Positions 38,154 through 47,262 of a stretch of DNA of 62,231 nt are shown here, one piece after another. The position numbers and the translations under genes are program-made. How positions within the stretch are numbered: position 1 is the stretch's first letter; each line of letters starts with the position of its first letter. The stretch is from Actinomycetes bacterium (GTDB lineage Bacteria > Actinomycetota > Acidimicrobiia > IMCC26256 > PALSA-610). The stretch covers positions 1-62,231 of the forward strand of contig JANNHK010000252.1 of the NCBI GenBank assembly GCA_031404355.1, read 5' to 3'. The notes beneath the pieces were generated by a model that worked only from the letters and a program-made list of their open reading frames with translations, searched no databases and was not told the origin of the DNA.

Positions 38154-39046
38154 ACGACCAACTCCCTCCCCTGCCGGCCGACCAGGTTCTCGAACTGCTC
38201 AGCGCCGAGATCGACGGCGAGTTCGACGCGGCCGCGACCGACCTCGGCCTGACCCCCGCCGACGCCCGGGCCCGGCTCGACGCCACGCCCGGTGTCGCCG
38301 AACGGCGCGCCGCGCTCACCGGCACCCGTACCGCGCTCGCGGTTCCCGAACTCGACGAAGCGACCCGCGAGCGACTCGTGAGCACCGCACTGCAATCTCC
38401 GGCGGCGAGCGACGAACTCTCGACCCGGCGCGCCCGCCGCTCGATGGGACGCGTCATCGGGATCGCGGCAACGATCGCCGCGGTCGTCGTCGGCGCCGGT
38501 GCCCTCGCGGTCGTGGCCGGCGACAACGACAACGGCGACGACGCGTCCCTGACCGCCGAGGCGCCTTCCGCCGACGAGGAGTCGGGCGACGACGACAGTG
38601 AGGGCGACAGCGTCGGCGGCGACGACAGCGCCGAGGCCGCGGAAGACGATGCGGCGTTCGACTCCGACGGCGGAACCGCGGGCGCGATCGTCGGCGCGCC
38701 CGATCCCTACTCGTACTTCCTCGACTTCGGCGACGTCACGAGTCCGGACGCGCTGCAGGCCGCGGTCGCGGGCCAACTCCGGGGGCTGGCGGCACAGTCG
38801 CTGCCCGCGACCGGCGAACAACTCTTCGACGCGCCGACGACCCGGTTTTCGTACAACGCCGGTTGCTACGCCGTCCTCGTCGAGGACTTCGGCCTCACGC
38901 CGCCTCCCGTGATGCAGGGCCCGGCGATCTACGCCGGCGACTCCGTGCAAGTCGCGGTCTTCGCCGTGGCCGACGGCTACCAGGCGCTCGTGATCGGGTC
39001 CGAATGCGAGGTCCTCGACGACCAGTTCGTCACCCCGGAGCCCTGA
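38150..39046 (+). CDS. putative anti-sigma factor, single-pass membrane protein with acidic extracytoplasmic linker
   Basis: The ATG at 38150 overlaps the sigma stop (ATGA). One TM helix (VIGIAATIAAVVVGAGALAVVAG) is followed by a D/E/S-rich tract and a C-terminal domain. The call is based on position and topology only. Confidence 0.6.
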   Translation: MNDQLPPLPADQVLELLSAEIDGEFDAAATDLGLTPADARARLDATPGVAERRAALTGTRTALAVPELDEATRERLVSTALQSPAASDELSTRRARRSMGRVIGIAATIAAVVVGAGALAVVAGDNDNGDDASLTAEAPSADEESGDDDSEGDSVGGDDSAEAAEDDAAFDSDGGTAGAIVGAPDPYSYFLDFGDVTSPDALQAAVAGQLRGLAAQSLPATGEQLFDAPTTRFSYNAGCYAVLVEDFGLTPPPVMQGPAIYAGDSVQVAVFAVADGYQALVIGSECEVLDDQFVTPEP

Positions 39047-39097
39047 CGACGACGAGGCTACGCTGCCCGCCCTGGGATGGCTCCGGGGAGGCCGGCA

Positions 39098-39373
39098 ATG
39101 AGCGACTGGACAACCGACGCCGCCGACGCGATCGAGAACGCCGTCTCCCTCGTGCGCGAGAAGACGGTCGATCCCGTCAAAGCGGTCACCAAGGTCGTCG
39201 TCTACGGGCTACTGGCCGCGCTGATCGTCATTCCGGCCGCGGTGCTGTTGCTCGTCGCGATGTTCCGCGGACTGGTCGAGGTCTACCAGGGCGAGGTCTG
39301 GGCCGCCTGGCTGACGCTCGGGGGAATCTTCGTGGTCGCCGGCGGGTTCTTGTGGGCCAAGCGCGGGGCATGA
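39098..39373 (+). CDS. small two-TM membrane protein
   Basis: The ATG at 39098 has GGGGAGG 7 nt upstream. Hydrophobic segments are [24 protein letters not shown] and [16 protein letters not shown]. Confidence 0.6.
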   Translation: MSDWTTDAADAIENAVSLVREKTVDPVKAVTKVVVYGLLAALIVIPAAVLLLVAMFRGLVEVYQGEVWAAWLTLGGIFVVAGGFLWAKRGA

Positions 39374-39383
39374 GAGGAATCCG

Positions 39384-40322
39384 ATGGATACCCGAGACGT
39401 CATCATCATCGGTTCGGGCCCGGCCGGCCTGACTGCCGCGGTGTACACCGCGCGCGCGAACCTGAAGCCACTGGTCCTCGAGGGCATCGCCGCGGGCGGT
39501 CAACTCATGCTCACGACCGACGTCGAGAATTACCCCGGGTTTCCCGACGGAATCATGGGCCCCGAGCTCATGATGAAGTTCCGCGAGCAGGCGGCGCGCT
39601 TCGGTGCGGACCTGCTCGCCGTCGACGTCGACCGCGTCGACTTCTCGGCCGCGCCGTTCGGGGTGTGGGTCGGCGACACCGAGTACCGGGCTCGTTCGAT
39701 CATCGTCTCGACCGGGGCCACCGCGCGCATGCTCGGGCTTCCGTCGGAACAGCGGCTGCTCGGTCACGGCGTCTCCACGTGCGCGACCTGCGACGGCTTC
39801 TTCTTCAGGGGCCATGACATCGCGATCGTCGGCGGCGGCGACTCCGCCCTCGAAGAGGCCAACTTCCTCACGAAGTTCGCGGACAAGGTGACGGTCGTGC
39901 ACCGGCGTAAGGAACTGCGCGCGTCGAAGATCATGCAGGACCGAGCGTTCGCCAACCCGAAGATCGAGTTCCTCTGGAACAGCGTGATCGACGACGTCGT
40001 CGGCGAGAACAAGGTCGAAGGGCTGCGCGTGCGCGACACCGAGACGACTGCGGTCACCACGCTCCCGGTCACAGGCTTTTTCGTAGCGATCGGCCACGAC
40101 CCGAACACGTTGCTGTTCCGCGGGCAGCTCGAACTCGACGAGGACGGCTACATCGTCACGCACGCGGGCACGAACACGTCGGTGCCGGGCGTGTTCGCGT
40201 CGGGTGACGTCCAAGATCACGTGTACCGTCAAGCCATTACCGCGGCCGGGTCGGGCTGCATGGCCGCAATCGACACCGAGCGATACTTGGAAGCGTTGGG
40301 CGACCGCGCGACCACTCATTGA
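39384..40322 (+). CDS. trxB: thioredoxin-disulfide reductase
   Basis: 312 aa. Motifs: [15 protein letters not shown], the redox-active CATCDG, and NADPH-binding [12 protein letters not shown]. Confidence 0.95.
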   Translation: MDTRDVIIIGSGPAGLTAAVYTARANLKPLVLEGIAAGGQLMLTTDVENYPGFPDGIMGPELMMKFREQAARFGADLLAVDVDRVDFSAAPFGVWVGDTEYRARSIIVSTGATARMLGLPSEQRLLGHGVSTCATCDGFFFRGHDIAIVGGGDSALEEANFLTKFADKVTVVHRRKELRASKIMQDRAFANPKIEFLWNSVIDDVVGENKVEGLRVRDTETTAVTTLPVTGFFVAIGHDPNTLLFRGQLELDEDGYIVTHAGTNTSVPGVFASGDVQDHVYRQAITAAGSGCMAAIDTERYLEALGDRATTH

Positions 40323-40343
40323 AGTTGAGGAAGGGATAGCCCA

Positions 40344-40673
40344 GTGGCAGAAGGTATTCAGACGCTGTCGGACGCGACGTTCGACGAGTCGATCGGTTCC
40401 GCGCAGTTGCCGATCCTGGTCGACTTCTGGGCCGAGTGGTGCGGACCGTGCAAGATGATCGCGCCCGTCCTCGAGGAGATCGCGGCTGAGCACGGCGAGG
40501 TCATCTCGATCGCGAAGCTCAACGTCGACGACAACCCGAACATCGCGCGCCGGTTCGACGTGATGAGCATTCCGACATTGCTGGTCTTCGCCGACGGCGA
40601 GGTGCGCAAGCGCCTGGTCGGGGCCAAGGGCAAGGCTCAACTCCTGGAAGAGCTCTCCGACATCATCGGATAG
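40344..40673 (+). CDS. trxA: thioredoxin
   Basis: 109 aa with the WCGPCK active site and the typical flanks (ILVDFWAEWCGPCKMIAPVLEEIA). Confidence 0.95.
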   Translation: MAEGIQTLSDATFDESIGSAQLPILVDFWAEWCGPCKMIAPVLEEIAAEHGEVISIAKLNVDDNPNIARRFDVMSIPTLLVFADGEVRKRLVGAKGKAQLLEELSDIIG

Positions 40674-40679
40674 CCGCAC

Positions 40680-41669
40680 ATGCGCCCCACCCTGCTGCGC
40701 CTCGGTGACCGCGGCGACGCGGTCCGCGACTTGCAGGAACGCCTCCGCCTGAGTGGTCTCGCGGCGGAGGCCGACGGCGAGTTCGGTCCCGACACCGAGG
40801 CGTCGGTCCGCTCGTTCCAAGAAGTCCGCGGCCTCCGCATCGACGGGATTTGCGGGCCCGACACGTGGGGCGCTCTGGTCGAGAGTTCCTTCGGCCTCGG
40901 TGACCGTCTCCTCTACCACCGTCAGCCGATGCTGCGCGGTGACGATGTCGCGGCAATGCAGCAGCGATTGAACGGTCTCGGGTTCGACGCGGGTCGCGAA
41001 GACGGCATCCTCGGGCCCGAAACCGAAAACGCGCTCCGCCGCTTCCAGCGCGACGCCGGCATCGCGACCGACGGCGTGTGCGGTCCCGCGACCGTTGCCG
41101 CGCTCACGCGCCTCGGTGCGCTCGCTGCGGGTTCCGTCGCCAGCGTGCGCGAAGGTGAGCGCTTCCGTCGGGACTCGCGCCGTCTCGACGAGCGCGGGCT
41201 CTTCGTCGTCGTGGACCCCGGGCTCGCTGCGCTCGGAGACGCCGTGGCCCGCGGCTTACGCGAGATCGGCGCGGTCGTGGCCCTCGACGCGACCGGCCAG
41301 GACCCCGGACTCCTCGCGGGCGAGGCCAACCGGTTCGGCGCCGATGTCTGCCTCAGTCTCGGATCGGGCGAGCCGGGTGTCCGGTGCGCGTACTTCGCAA
41401 CCCAGCAGTTCCGTTCCGAGGCCGGCTACGCGATTGCAGTCCGGCTCACCTCAGCGCTCGGTCGGGTCGTCGAGACGGTCGACGAACCGGTCGGCCGCGC
41501 CTATCGGATCCTGCGCGAGACGCGCATGGCCGCGGTCGTCGTCGAGTTGTTCTCTCCCGAGCGGCACGAGGCGGCGGCGGCCATCTCGCGTCGATCGCCG
41601 GCTATCGCCGCGGCGATCGTCGACGGGATCCGGCGCGGCGTCGAAGAACCTCTCGACGTCGGCCGGTAA
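40680..41669 (+). CDS. cwlM: CwlM-like protein: two PG_binding_1 domains plus an Amidase_3-like domain lacking the zinc-ligand histidines
   Basis: Two repeats of the GDRGDAVRDLQERL / DGEFGPDTEASVRSFQ type are present. The Amidase_3-like part has VVVDPGLAAL where GHGG is expected, and CLSLGSGE where SIHxN is expected. Its position after trxA matches mycobacterial cwlM. Confidence 0.75.
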   Translation: MRPTLLRLGDRGDAVRDLQERLRLSGLAAEADGEFGPDTEASVRSFQEVRGLRIDGICGPDTWGALVESSFGLGDRLLYHRQPMLRGDDVAAMQQRLNGLGFDAGREDGILGPETENALRRFQRDAGIATDGVCGPATVAALTRLGALAAGSVASVREGERFRRDSRRLDERGLFVVVDPGLAALGDAVARGLREIGAVVALDATGQDPGLLAGEANRFGADVCLSLGSGEPGVRCAYFATQQFRSEAGYAIAVRLTSALGRVVETVDEPVGRAYRILRETRMAAVVVELFSPERHEAAAAISRRSPAIAAAIVDGIRRGVEEPLDVGR

Positions 41670-41746
41670 CCATGGCTCCCTCGCTCACCATGCGGGGGCC
41701 TTCGGCCCGCGGATGACTCGCTACGTCCGCACGGTAACTATGGGGT

Positions 41747-42616
41747 TCAGACCCGGCGACTGCCGTCGGTCATGACCCGGTAGATCCGCTCGAGGTCCTC
41801 GAGGGTCGCGAAGTCGATCTGCACGGTGCCGTGCTTCGGTCCCATCGCGATGCGGATCCGCGTTTCGAGATAGTCGCCGAGGAGCTCTTCGAGTTCGAGC
41901 AGTCCCGGTGGCCGGAGCTTGGGGGCACGCTCGCGAGCCGCGCGCGTCGCCGGGCTCTCGGTCCGGGCCCGCACCGCTTCCTCGACTTCGCGCACCGACA
42001 ACTCTTCGGTGACCGCCCGGCGCGCCAGCTGCTCCTGGAACCCCCGGTCGGGCGTGCCCAGCAGCGCGCGGGCGTGGCCCGTGCGCAGCGAGCCGTCCTG
42101 GAGGTAGCGCTGCACGGTGGTCGGGAGCTGAAGGAGCCTGAGCGTGTTCGTGATGGTCGCCCGGCTCTTGCCGACCCGGATCGCGACGTCGTCGTGGGTG
42201 AGGTCGAAGTCCTCGATCAGCTGTTGATACGCCGCTGCCTCTTCGAGCGGGTTGAGCTGTTCCCGCTGGACGTTCTCGACGATCGCCTGTTGGAGCGACG
42301 CGGCGTTGTCGGCGTGGCGCACGATCGCCGGAATGGTCTGGAGCCCGGCGCGCCGCGCGGCTCGCCAGCGCCGCTCGCCGGCGATCAGTTCGAAGCCGTC
42401 GTCGGTTGCCCGCACGAGAACCGGCTGGAGCACCCCTAGTTCACGAATCGACTCCGCCAGCGAGCCGAGGGTCTCCTCGTCGAAGTGTTGCCGCGGTTGC
42501 TGCGGGTTCGGCTGGATCGACGCAATCGGGATCAACTGGAGCGCAGCCCCGGCGTCGGTGGTCCCGGCCGGGATCAGCGCACCGAGGCCCTTACCCAACC
42601 CGCCGGGTCGCGCCAC
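41747..42616 (-). CDS. parB: chromosome partitioning protein ParB
   Basis: 289 aa. Motifs: GLGKGLGALI, the QPRQHFDEETL box, GERRWRAA, and the HTH LTHDDVAIRVGKSRATITN. Confidence 0.95.
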   Translation of the reverse strand: MARPGGLGKGLGALIPAGTTDAGAALQLIPIASIQPNPQQPRQHFDEETLGSLAESIRELGVLQPVLVRATDDGFELIAGERRWRAARRAGLQTIPAIVRHADNAASLQQAIVENVQREQLNPLEEAAAYQQLIEDFDLTHDDVAIRVGKSRATITNTLRLLQLPTTVQRYLQDGSLRTGHARALLGTPDRGFQEQLARRAVTEELSVREVEEAVRARTESPATRAARERAPKLRPPGLLELEELLGDYLETRIRIAMGPKHGTVQIDFATLEDLERIYRVMTDGSRRV

Positions 42617-43658
42617 GACTGACCTCCTTCGCGAGTTCGCGGTACGCCAAGGCGCCGCGGGAGGACGAGTCGAACACGATGATCGGCTGGCCGTACGACG
42701 GCGCCTCCGAGATGCGGACGGTACGCGGAACCACCGTGCGGTACACCTTCGATCCGAAGTGGGTCCGAACCTCAGCCTCGACCTGCTCGGCGAGTTTGGT
42801 GCGGGCGTCGTACATGGTGAGCACGATGCCGCGGACGTCGAGCGTGGGATTCAGGTTCGACTTCACCAGCGACACGTTGCGGAGCAGTTGGCCGAGACCC
42901 TCGAGCGCGTAGTACTCGCACTGGATCGGGACGATCACGTCATCGGCCGACGCCAACCCGTTGACGGTCAGGAGTCCGAGCGACGGGGGACAGTCGATCA
43001 TGACGAAGTCATAGTCGGCCCGCGCCGGCTCGAGGGCCCGGCGCAGTTTGAGCTCCCGCGAGAACGCGGGGACGAGTTCGATCTCGGCGCCGGCCAGGTC
43101 AATGGTGGCCGGCACGACGAAGAGGTTCTTCATGCTCGTCGGCTCGACGCAGTCCTCGACGGGCATGTCGTTCATGAGCACGTCGTAGATCGAGCCCTCC
43201 ACATTTCTGTGGCTCAATCCGAGGCCCGTCGTGGCGTTGCCCTGCGGGTCGAGGTCGATGATCAGGACCCGAAATCCAAGTTCGGCCAGCGAGGCGCCCA
43301 GGTTCACCGTGGTGGTGGTCTTGCCCACGCCGCCCTTCTGGTTGGCGATGGCGATAATCCGAGGCAGGACGATCGGTTCCGGCGCGGAGGAGTCGACGAG
43401 CACCGGCTCCTCGGGAACTTCGACGGGCGCTTCAACAGCCGCGGGTTGCTCGGGAACTTCGACGGCCAGTTCGGGCTCCGGTTCGATGTGGATGTCTTCG
43501 TCCTGGTCCGGGACCGGGGTCGGAAGTGTCTCCGGGGCCCCGTCGCTCGTCGTGGTCATGGGCTCCTCCAGCAGATCCTGCTCTCCTGACGTGGGTTCTG
43601 GTCCCCGTGAGCGGAACCAGCGTCGCCTTCCGAGCCGGTCCGCGTCCTCGGTTGCCAT
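42591..43658 (-). CDS. parA: chromosome partitioning ATPase ParA/Soj with acidic Pro-rich N-terminal extension
   Basis: It has the deviant Walker A IIAIANQKGGVGKTTT. The ATG at 43658 has GGAGG 5 nt upstream. Alternative starts are GTG 43676 and ATG 43559, which also has GGAGGAG upstream. Confidence 0.9.
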   Translation of the reverse strand: MATEDADRLGRRRWFRSRGPEPTSGEQDLLEEPMTTTSDGAPETLPTPVPDQDEDIHIEPEPELAVEVPEQPAAVEAPVEVPEEPVLVDSSAPEPIVLPRIIAIANQKGGVGKTTTTVNLGASLAELGFRVLIIDLDPQGNATTGLGLSHRNVEGSIYDVLMNDMPVEDCVEPTSMKNLFVVPATIDLAGAEIELVPAFSRELKLRRALEPARADYDFVMIDCPPSLGLLTVNGLASADDVIVPIQCEYYALEGLGQLLRNVSLVKSNLNPTLDVRGIVLTMYDARTKLAEQVEAEVRTHFGSKVYRTVVPRTVRISEAPSYGQPIIVFDSSSRGALAYRELAKEVSRGATRRVG

Positions 43659-43792
43659 TCGAGCCTCCGCGGGCACGCCGCCCGTTTGCGTTTACCCCAT
43701 CAGGAAATCATTCCGGTAGCGCGCCCGAACGGGCAGCGCGGCGGGCGGGAGCGTACACGGTCGATACCCACTTGCGGGAGGGGGAACGCCGA

Positions 43793-43808
43793 TGTTTCAC
43801 GTGAAACA
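43793..43808. other. parS centromere-like site
   Basis: TGTTTCACGTGAAACA is a perfect match to the consensus parS. It extends to an 18-bp palindrome (43792..43809), and its last base is the first base of the rsmG stop codon (43809..43811). Confidence 0.85.
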
Positions 43809-44432
43809 TCACCAACTCGGCCGCTTCCACGGCTGGGCGCGGTGGCGCGGGAGGCCGTTTGAGGCCGAGAGCATCTTCTCGATCACCACATAGGCCGCGT
43901 TATCGCTGAAAAACGGGCGGGCCGGACCCAGGCCCAGTTTCCACAGCAGGGGCTCGGGCCACCGGCTTGGGTCCCCGCCCGGTGGCTCGCTGACCACGAC
44001 CACCCCGCCCGGCGAACAAAAGCCTGTAGCGACCTCCGCCGTGGAAGCGGGGGGCCCGAACCCTCGGGCCACGACCACCTCAGCCGCTTCTCGCAGACCG
44101 GGCTGGTGAGCCAGTTCCTCGGCCCGACCCTCCAGGACGGTGGCGCGGGACAGGCCCAGTTGCTCCACCCACTGCTCGAGGCTCACGCATCGGCGGTGCA
44201 TGGTCTCGACCAGGAACCCGATTGCGGACGGCCACGCGCCGGCCAGAACGAGTCCCGGAATCCCGCCGCCCGTTCCGAGGTCGACGAACGACGCGGGGGG
44301 GCGTCCCAGCGCCGATTCGGCGGCGGCGGCGAAGCCCAATGCGTGGGTGATATGGGTCTGCACCTCTCCCGGACCCAGATAGCCCAGTTCGCGCGACTCG
44401 CTCAGGATCGCGAGCAGCGGCCGGGGATCCAC
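43809..44432 (-). CDS. rsmG: 16S rRNA (guanine527-N7)-methyltransferase
   Basis: 207 aa with the SAM motif VDLGTGGGIPGLVLA, at the conserved position between jag and parA. Confidence 0.9.
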   Translation of the reverse strand: MDPRPLLAILSESRELGYLGPGEVQTHITHALGFAAAAESALGRPPASFVDLGTGGGIPGLVLAGAWPSAIGFLVETMHRRCVSLEQWVEQLGLSRATVLEGRAEELAHQPGLREAAEVVVARGFGPPASTAEVATGFCSPGGVVVVSEPPGGDPSRWPEPLLWKLGLGPARPFFSDNAAYVVIEKMLSASNGLPRHRAQPWKRPSW

Positions 44433-44437
44433 CCCGG

Positions 44438-45346
44438 TCAGGCCGGGCGAATGACCACTCGCCGGCGGGGGTCCTCGCCCTCCGACGTGGTCGAGACTCC
44501 GTCGACGTCGGCGACCGCGTCGTGGACGACCTTGCGGTCGGGGGCGTGCATCGGTTCGAGCTCACGCTCCTCGCCGGAGGCCGCGACCTCACGGGCGATC
44601 CCGACGGCAAACTCGGCCAGCGCCGTGCGGCGTCGCTCCCGGTAGCCCGATACGTCGAGGTGCAACCGGGCGCTGTGGCCGCCGGCGACGTGCTGGAGCA
44701 CCGCCCGGGTGAGTTCCTCGAGCGCCTGGAGGGTGACCCCCCGCGGCCCGACGAGCACACCGAGGCCGTCGCCTTCGACGTTGACCTCGATGTCGTCCTC
44801 GACGACCCGCGAGCTGACCCGAGCGGTGAGACCGAAGTTGCCGACCAACTCCTCGGTGAACTTCGCCGCGGCTGCGGCCTGCTCTTCGATCGACAGTGTG
44901 GCTTCGCTCACGGCGTCCGCCTCCGTTGTTGTCTCTGCGTTCTTGGTGGTTTCGGCGGAACGGGAGGAGGTCGACGGTTTCGTCGTTCCCCCGCGCCCAC
45001 GCCCTCGACTTCTCGATGACCGGCGGGCCCCGTCCCGCTCCGCGGCCGGCGAACCGTCACCCGCGTCGCCGGCCGGACTCGACTTACGCGAGCCGCCCTC
45101 CGAACGATTCGGGCGTTCGTTGGGCTTGCGCCCTCGCCGCTGGCGTCGGTCGCCCGGCTTCTCGCGCGACACGGGCTTCACCCGGGCGCGAATCCGGGCC
45201 TCGCTACGACCGAGGCGGGCGAGGAACCCCGTGCGCGGTTCCTCGAGCACTTCGAACTCGAGTTCGGCTTCGACGACGCCGAGGCGGTCGAGGGCCAACT
45301 CCTTCGCCTCGTCGATCGAGCGCGCGGTGACTTCGATCCACTCCAT
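44438..45346 (-). CDS. jag: Jag/KhpB-like RNA-binding protein (Jag_N, KH, R3H) with a long basic disordered linker
   Basis: MEWIEVTARSIDEAKELALDRLGV is the Jag_N domain. The C-terminal region carries KH and R3H-like motifs (LEPMHAPDRKVVHDAV). Confidence 0.88.
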   Translation of the reverse strand: MEWIEVTARSIDEAKELALDRLGVVEAELEFEVLEEPRTGFLARLGRSEARIRARVKPVSREKPGDRRQRRGRKPNERPNRSEGGSRKSSPAGDAGDGSPAAERDGARRSSRSRGRGRGGTTKPSTSSRSAETTKNAETTTEADAVSEATLSIEEQAAAAAKFTEELVGNFGLTARVSSRVVEDDIEVNVEGDGLGVLVGPRGVTLQALEELTRAVLQHVAGGHSARLHLDVSGYRERRRTALAEFAVGIAREVAASGEERELEPMHAPDRKVVHDAVADVDGVSTTSEGEDPRRRVVIRPA

Positions 45347-45349
45347 GGT

Positions 45350-46240
45350 TCAGCGCCTACGCTTCTTTTTCTTGTTGGACGTGTTGCGAGATGGCCCCGC
45401 CGTCGTCTCGATGTCGTCGGGCGGCAGTTCCTTCACGTCTTTCGCGTCCTTGGAATCCGACGTCTTGTACGGCTTCGCCTGCTCGTAGTACTTGTTCAGC
45501 ACGAAGTGCTGTTGCCCGATGCGGAACAGGCTGCTCGTCAGGAAGTACATGACGAGGCCCGACGATGCGGTGTACGCGAAGAACCCGAAGATGATCGGGA
45601 ACACCTTGGCCAGCATCTGCATCTGCTTCATCATCGGGTTGTTCGCGGCCGCCGTCCCCTTTTGGCGCCGGATCGTCTGGTACTGCTGGTACCAGCCCGC
45701 GGCCATCACCGCCGCGACCGCGATGAAGTACGGCAAACGCTCGATGAAGTTGGCGGTGATCTCGCCCGAGTTCGCCGGCGACGTCAGCATGTCCATGCCG
45801 AGGAAGTACAGACCCTTCACGTCCTCGCACGTCTGCCCGGCGTTGTCGCCGCAGAGATCGAGGAACAGCTTGTTGAACTGACCCGACTTCGGGACCCGGT
45901 CCTCGATGTTGTGCAGCGTGTTGAAGAGGGCGAAAAGCACCGGCATCTGGATGAGCAGCGGGAGGCACCCCGAAAGTGGGTTGATCTTGTTCTCTTGGTA
46001 GAACTTCAGCAGCTCTTCGTTCTGCTTCTGCCGGTCGTCCTTGTACTGCTGCTGGATCTTTTTGATCTCGGGCTGCACCCGTTGCATTGCGATCATCGAC
46101 TGCGTCTGCTTCGCGGTAAGTGGGAACAGCAGCAGCATGACCGTGAGCGTCAGCAGGATGATGGCGACGCCGAGGTTCGGGATGATCGAGTAGAAGAAGG
46201 CGAGCAAGAACCCGAAGGCGTCGTACAGAGGATCAAACAT
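45350..46240 (-). CDS. yidC: membrane protein insertase YidC
   Basis: 296 aa. [18 protein letters not shown] and the surrounding five-TM core are canonical YidC/Oxa1. Confidence 0.93.
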   Translation of the reverse strand: MFDPLYDAFGFLLAFFYSIIPNLGVAIILLTLTVMLLLFPLTAKQTQSMIAMQRVQPEIKKIQQQYKDDRQKQNEELLKFYQENKINPLSGCLPLLIQMPVLFALFNTLHNIEDRVPKSGQFNKLFLDLCGDNAGQTCEDVKGLYFLGMDMLTSPANSGEITANFIERLPYFIAVAAVMAAGWYQQYQTIRRQKGTAAANNPMMKQMQMLAKVFPIIFGFFAYTASSGLVMYFLTSSLFRIGQQHFVLNKYYEQAKPYKTSDSKDAKDVKELPPDDIETTAGPSRNTSNKKKKRRR

Positions 46241-46463
46241 CAGTTCGCCCTTCGGGGGGCACGGGATCGAAGCCGAACCCGCCGAGCGGATGGCAGCGAC
46301 TCAACCGGCGGGCGGCGAGCCACGAACCCTTCAGCGCACCGTGCTCTTCGAGCGCCTCGTGCGCGTACTGCGAGCACGACGGCGCGAACCGGCACGGCGA
46401 GGGCCGACCCGCCCTCGAGACTTGGTACATCTCGACCATCCGGAGCAACGCGCGCCGCATCAT
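46233..46463 (-). CDS. yidD: membrane protein insertion efficiency factor YidD
   Basis: 76 aa. [15 protein letters not shown] and the [13 protein letters not shown] motifs are present. Confidence 0.92.
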   Translation of the reverse strand: MMRRALLRMVEMYQVSRAGRPSPCRFAPSCSQYAHEALEEHGALKGSWLAARRLSRCHPLGGFGFDPVPPEGRTDV

Positions 46464-46795
46464 TGCGTACCGTCGGCGTCGAGGTCGATCAAGATCGCGC
46501 GCAGCGTGTCGCGGAGATCACCATACGTAGAAGCGGTCGCGCGGGGGCCGGCCGAGATCAGATAGATCCGGCCCGGGTACAACAGTTCGTGTTCCGATCG
46601 AACGGCGGCACGGAGTTGCCGGCGCACGCGATTGCGGACCACGGCGTTACCCACGTGGCGGCCAATCGAGAACGCGACCCGCGGCGGGTCCATCGTCGAC
46701 GCCGACGCAGTCGTCACGGTCAGCGGACCTCGGCGACGACGCCGGCCCGTAGCCAGCGCTCTGAAGGATGCACGGTCGCGGACGCGCCAGGTCAG
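46460..46795 (-). CDS. rnpA: ribonuclease P protein component; start codon unresolved
   Basis: It has the RNR motif [14 protein letters not shown] and the N-terminal [11 protein letters not shown]. The conserved core begins at a CTG (46795) that overlaps the rpmH stop. The only in-frame canonical starts are ATG 46930 (fully overlapping rpmH) and GTG 46717 (which truncates the conserved N-terminus). Confidence 0.8.
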   Translation of the reverse strand: MTWRVRDRASFRALATGRRRRRGPLTVTTASASTMDPPRVAFSIGRHVGNAVVRNRVRRQLRAAVRSEHELLYPGRIYLISAGPRATASTYGDLRDTLRAILIDLDADGTQ

Positions 46796-46926
46796 GCCGA
46801 GAGCCGGGCTCGGCCCTTGGTGCGGCGACGCTTTAGCACCGCTCGCCCCGCGCGATTGCGCATGCGCAGGCGGAAGCCGTGCTTCTTCTTCCGCTTGCGG
46901 TTGTTCGGCTGAAAGGTCCTCTTCAC
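46792..46926 (-). CDS. rpmH: 50S ribosomal protein L34 (too short for the supplied ORF track)
   Basis: Manual translation gives (GTG)[44 protein letters not shown]-stop, 44 aa. AGGAGG lies 7 nt upstream of the GTG at 46926. Confidence 0.93.
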   Translation of the reverse strand: MKRTFQPNNRKRKKKHGFRLRMRNRAGRAVLKRRRTKGRARLSA

Positions 46927-47119
46927 GCATGGCCTCCTCGAGCGCCCGGGCCGGGGTAAGGGCCGTGAGGGCGGCGCGCCGACACCGCTCAGCCTCGTAG
47001 TGGGAAGCTAGACGGTGGGGCACTGGCGGACGGGAAAGTGTATGGCGCGGGCACCTCCCGCGGCAATCCGCCCCAACCCGCGCCCGCGCTACAACGGGCT
47101 GACCGGGCTGTTTGTTGCG

Positions 47120-47246
47120 TTGTCCACAGCGCGCTAACGTCCGCGACCCCAACACCCCGGCCAGGCCCCGAGCGTTGGGAACTTCCCCTGCAGTACCCGG
47201 CCGAAAACCTGCCCTTCTCCACATATGTGGATACGCCTGTGGACAA
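47120..47246. promoter_or_regulatory. DnaA boxes in the rpmH-dnaA spacer (dnaA promoter/autoregulation or part of oriC)
   Basis: TTGTCCACA at 47120..47128 (perfect), TTCTCCACA at 47215..47223, rc GTATCCACA at 47226..47234, and rc TTGTCCACA at 47238..47246 (perfect). Confidence 0.7.
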
Positions 47247-47262
47247 CCGGGGGAACCGCCAC

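Noticed and set aside
39228-40919. A 563-aa minus-strand ORF across trxB/trxA. Similar long antisense ORFs occur at 19420..20970, 25239..26684, 53466..54914 and 42252..43589.
   Set aside because: All are antisense to genes with strong family signatures. They have Arg-rich low-information translations and the wrong codon-position GC pattern.
47038-47262. A 75-codon N-terminal extension of the dnaA ORF.
   Set aside because: It would translate through the DnaA-box cluster and has poor codon bias. The conserved DnaA domain I begins right after the GTG at 47263.
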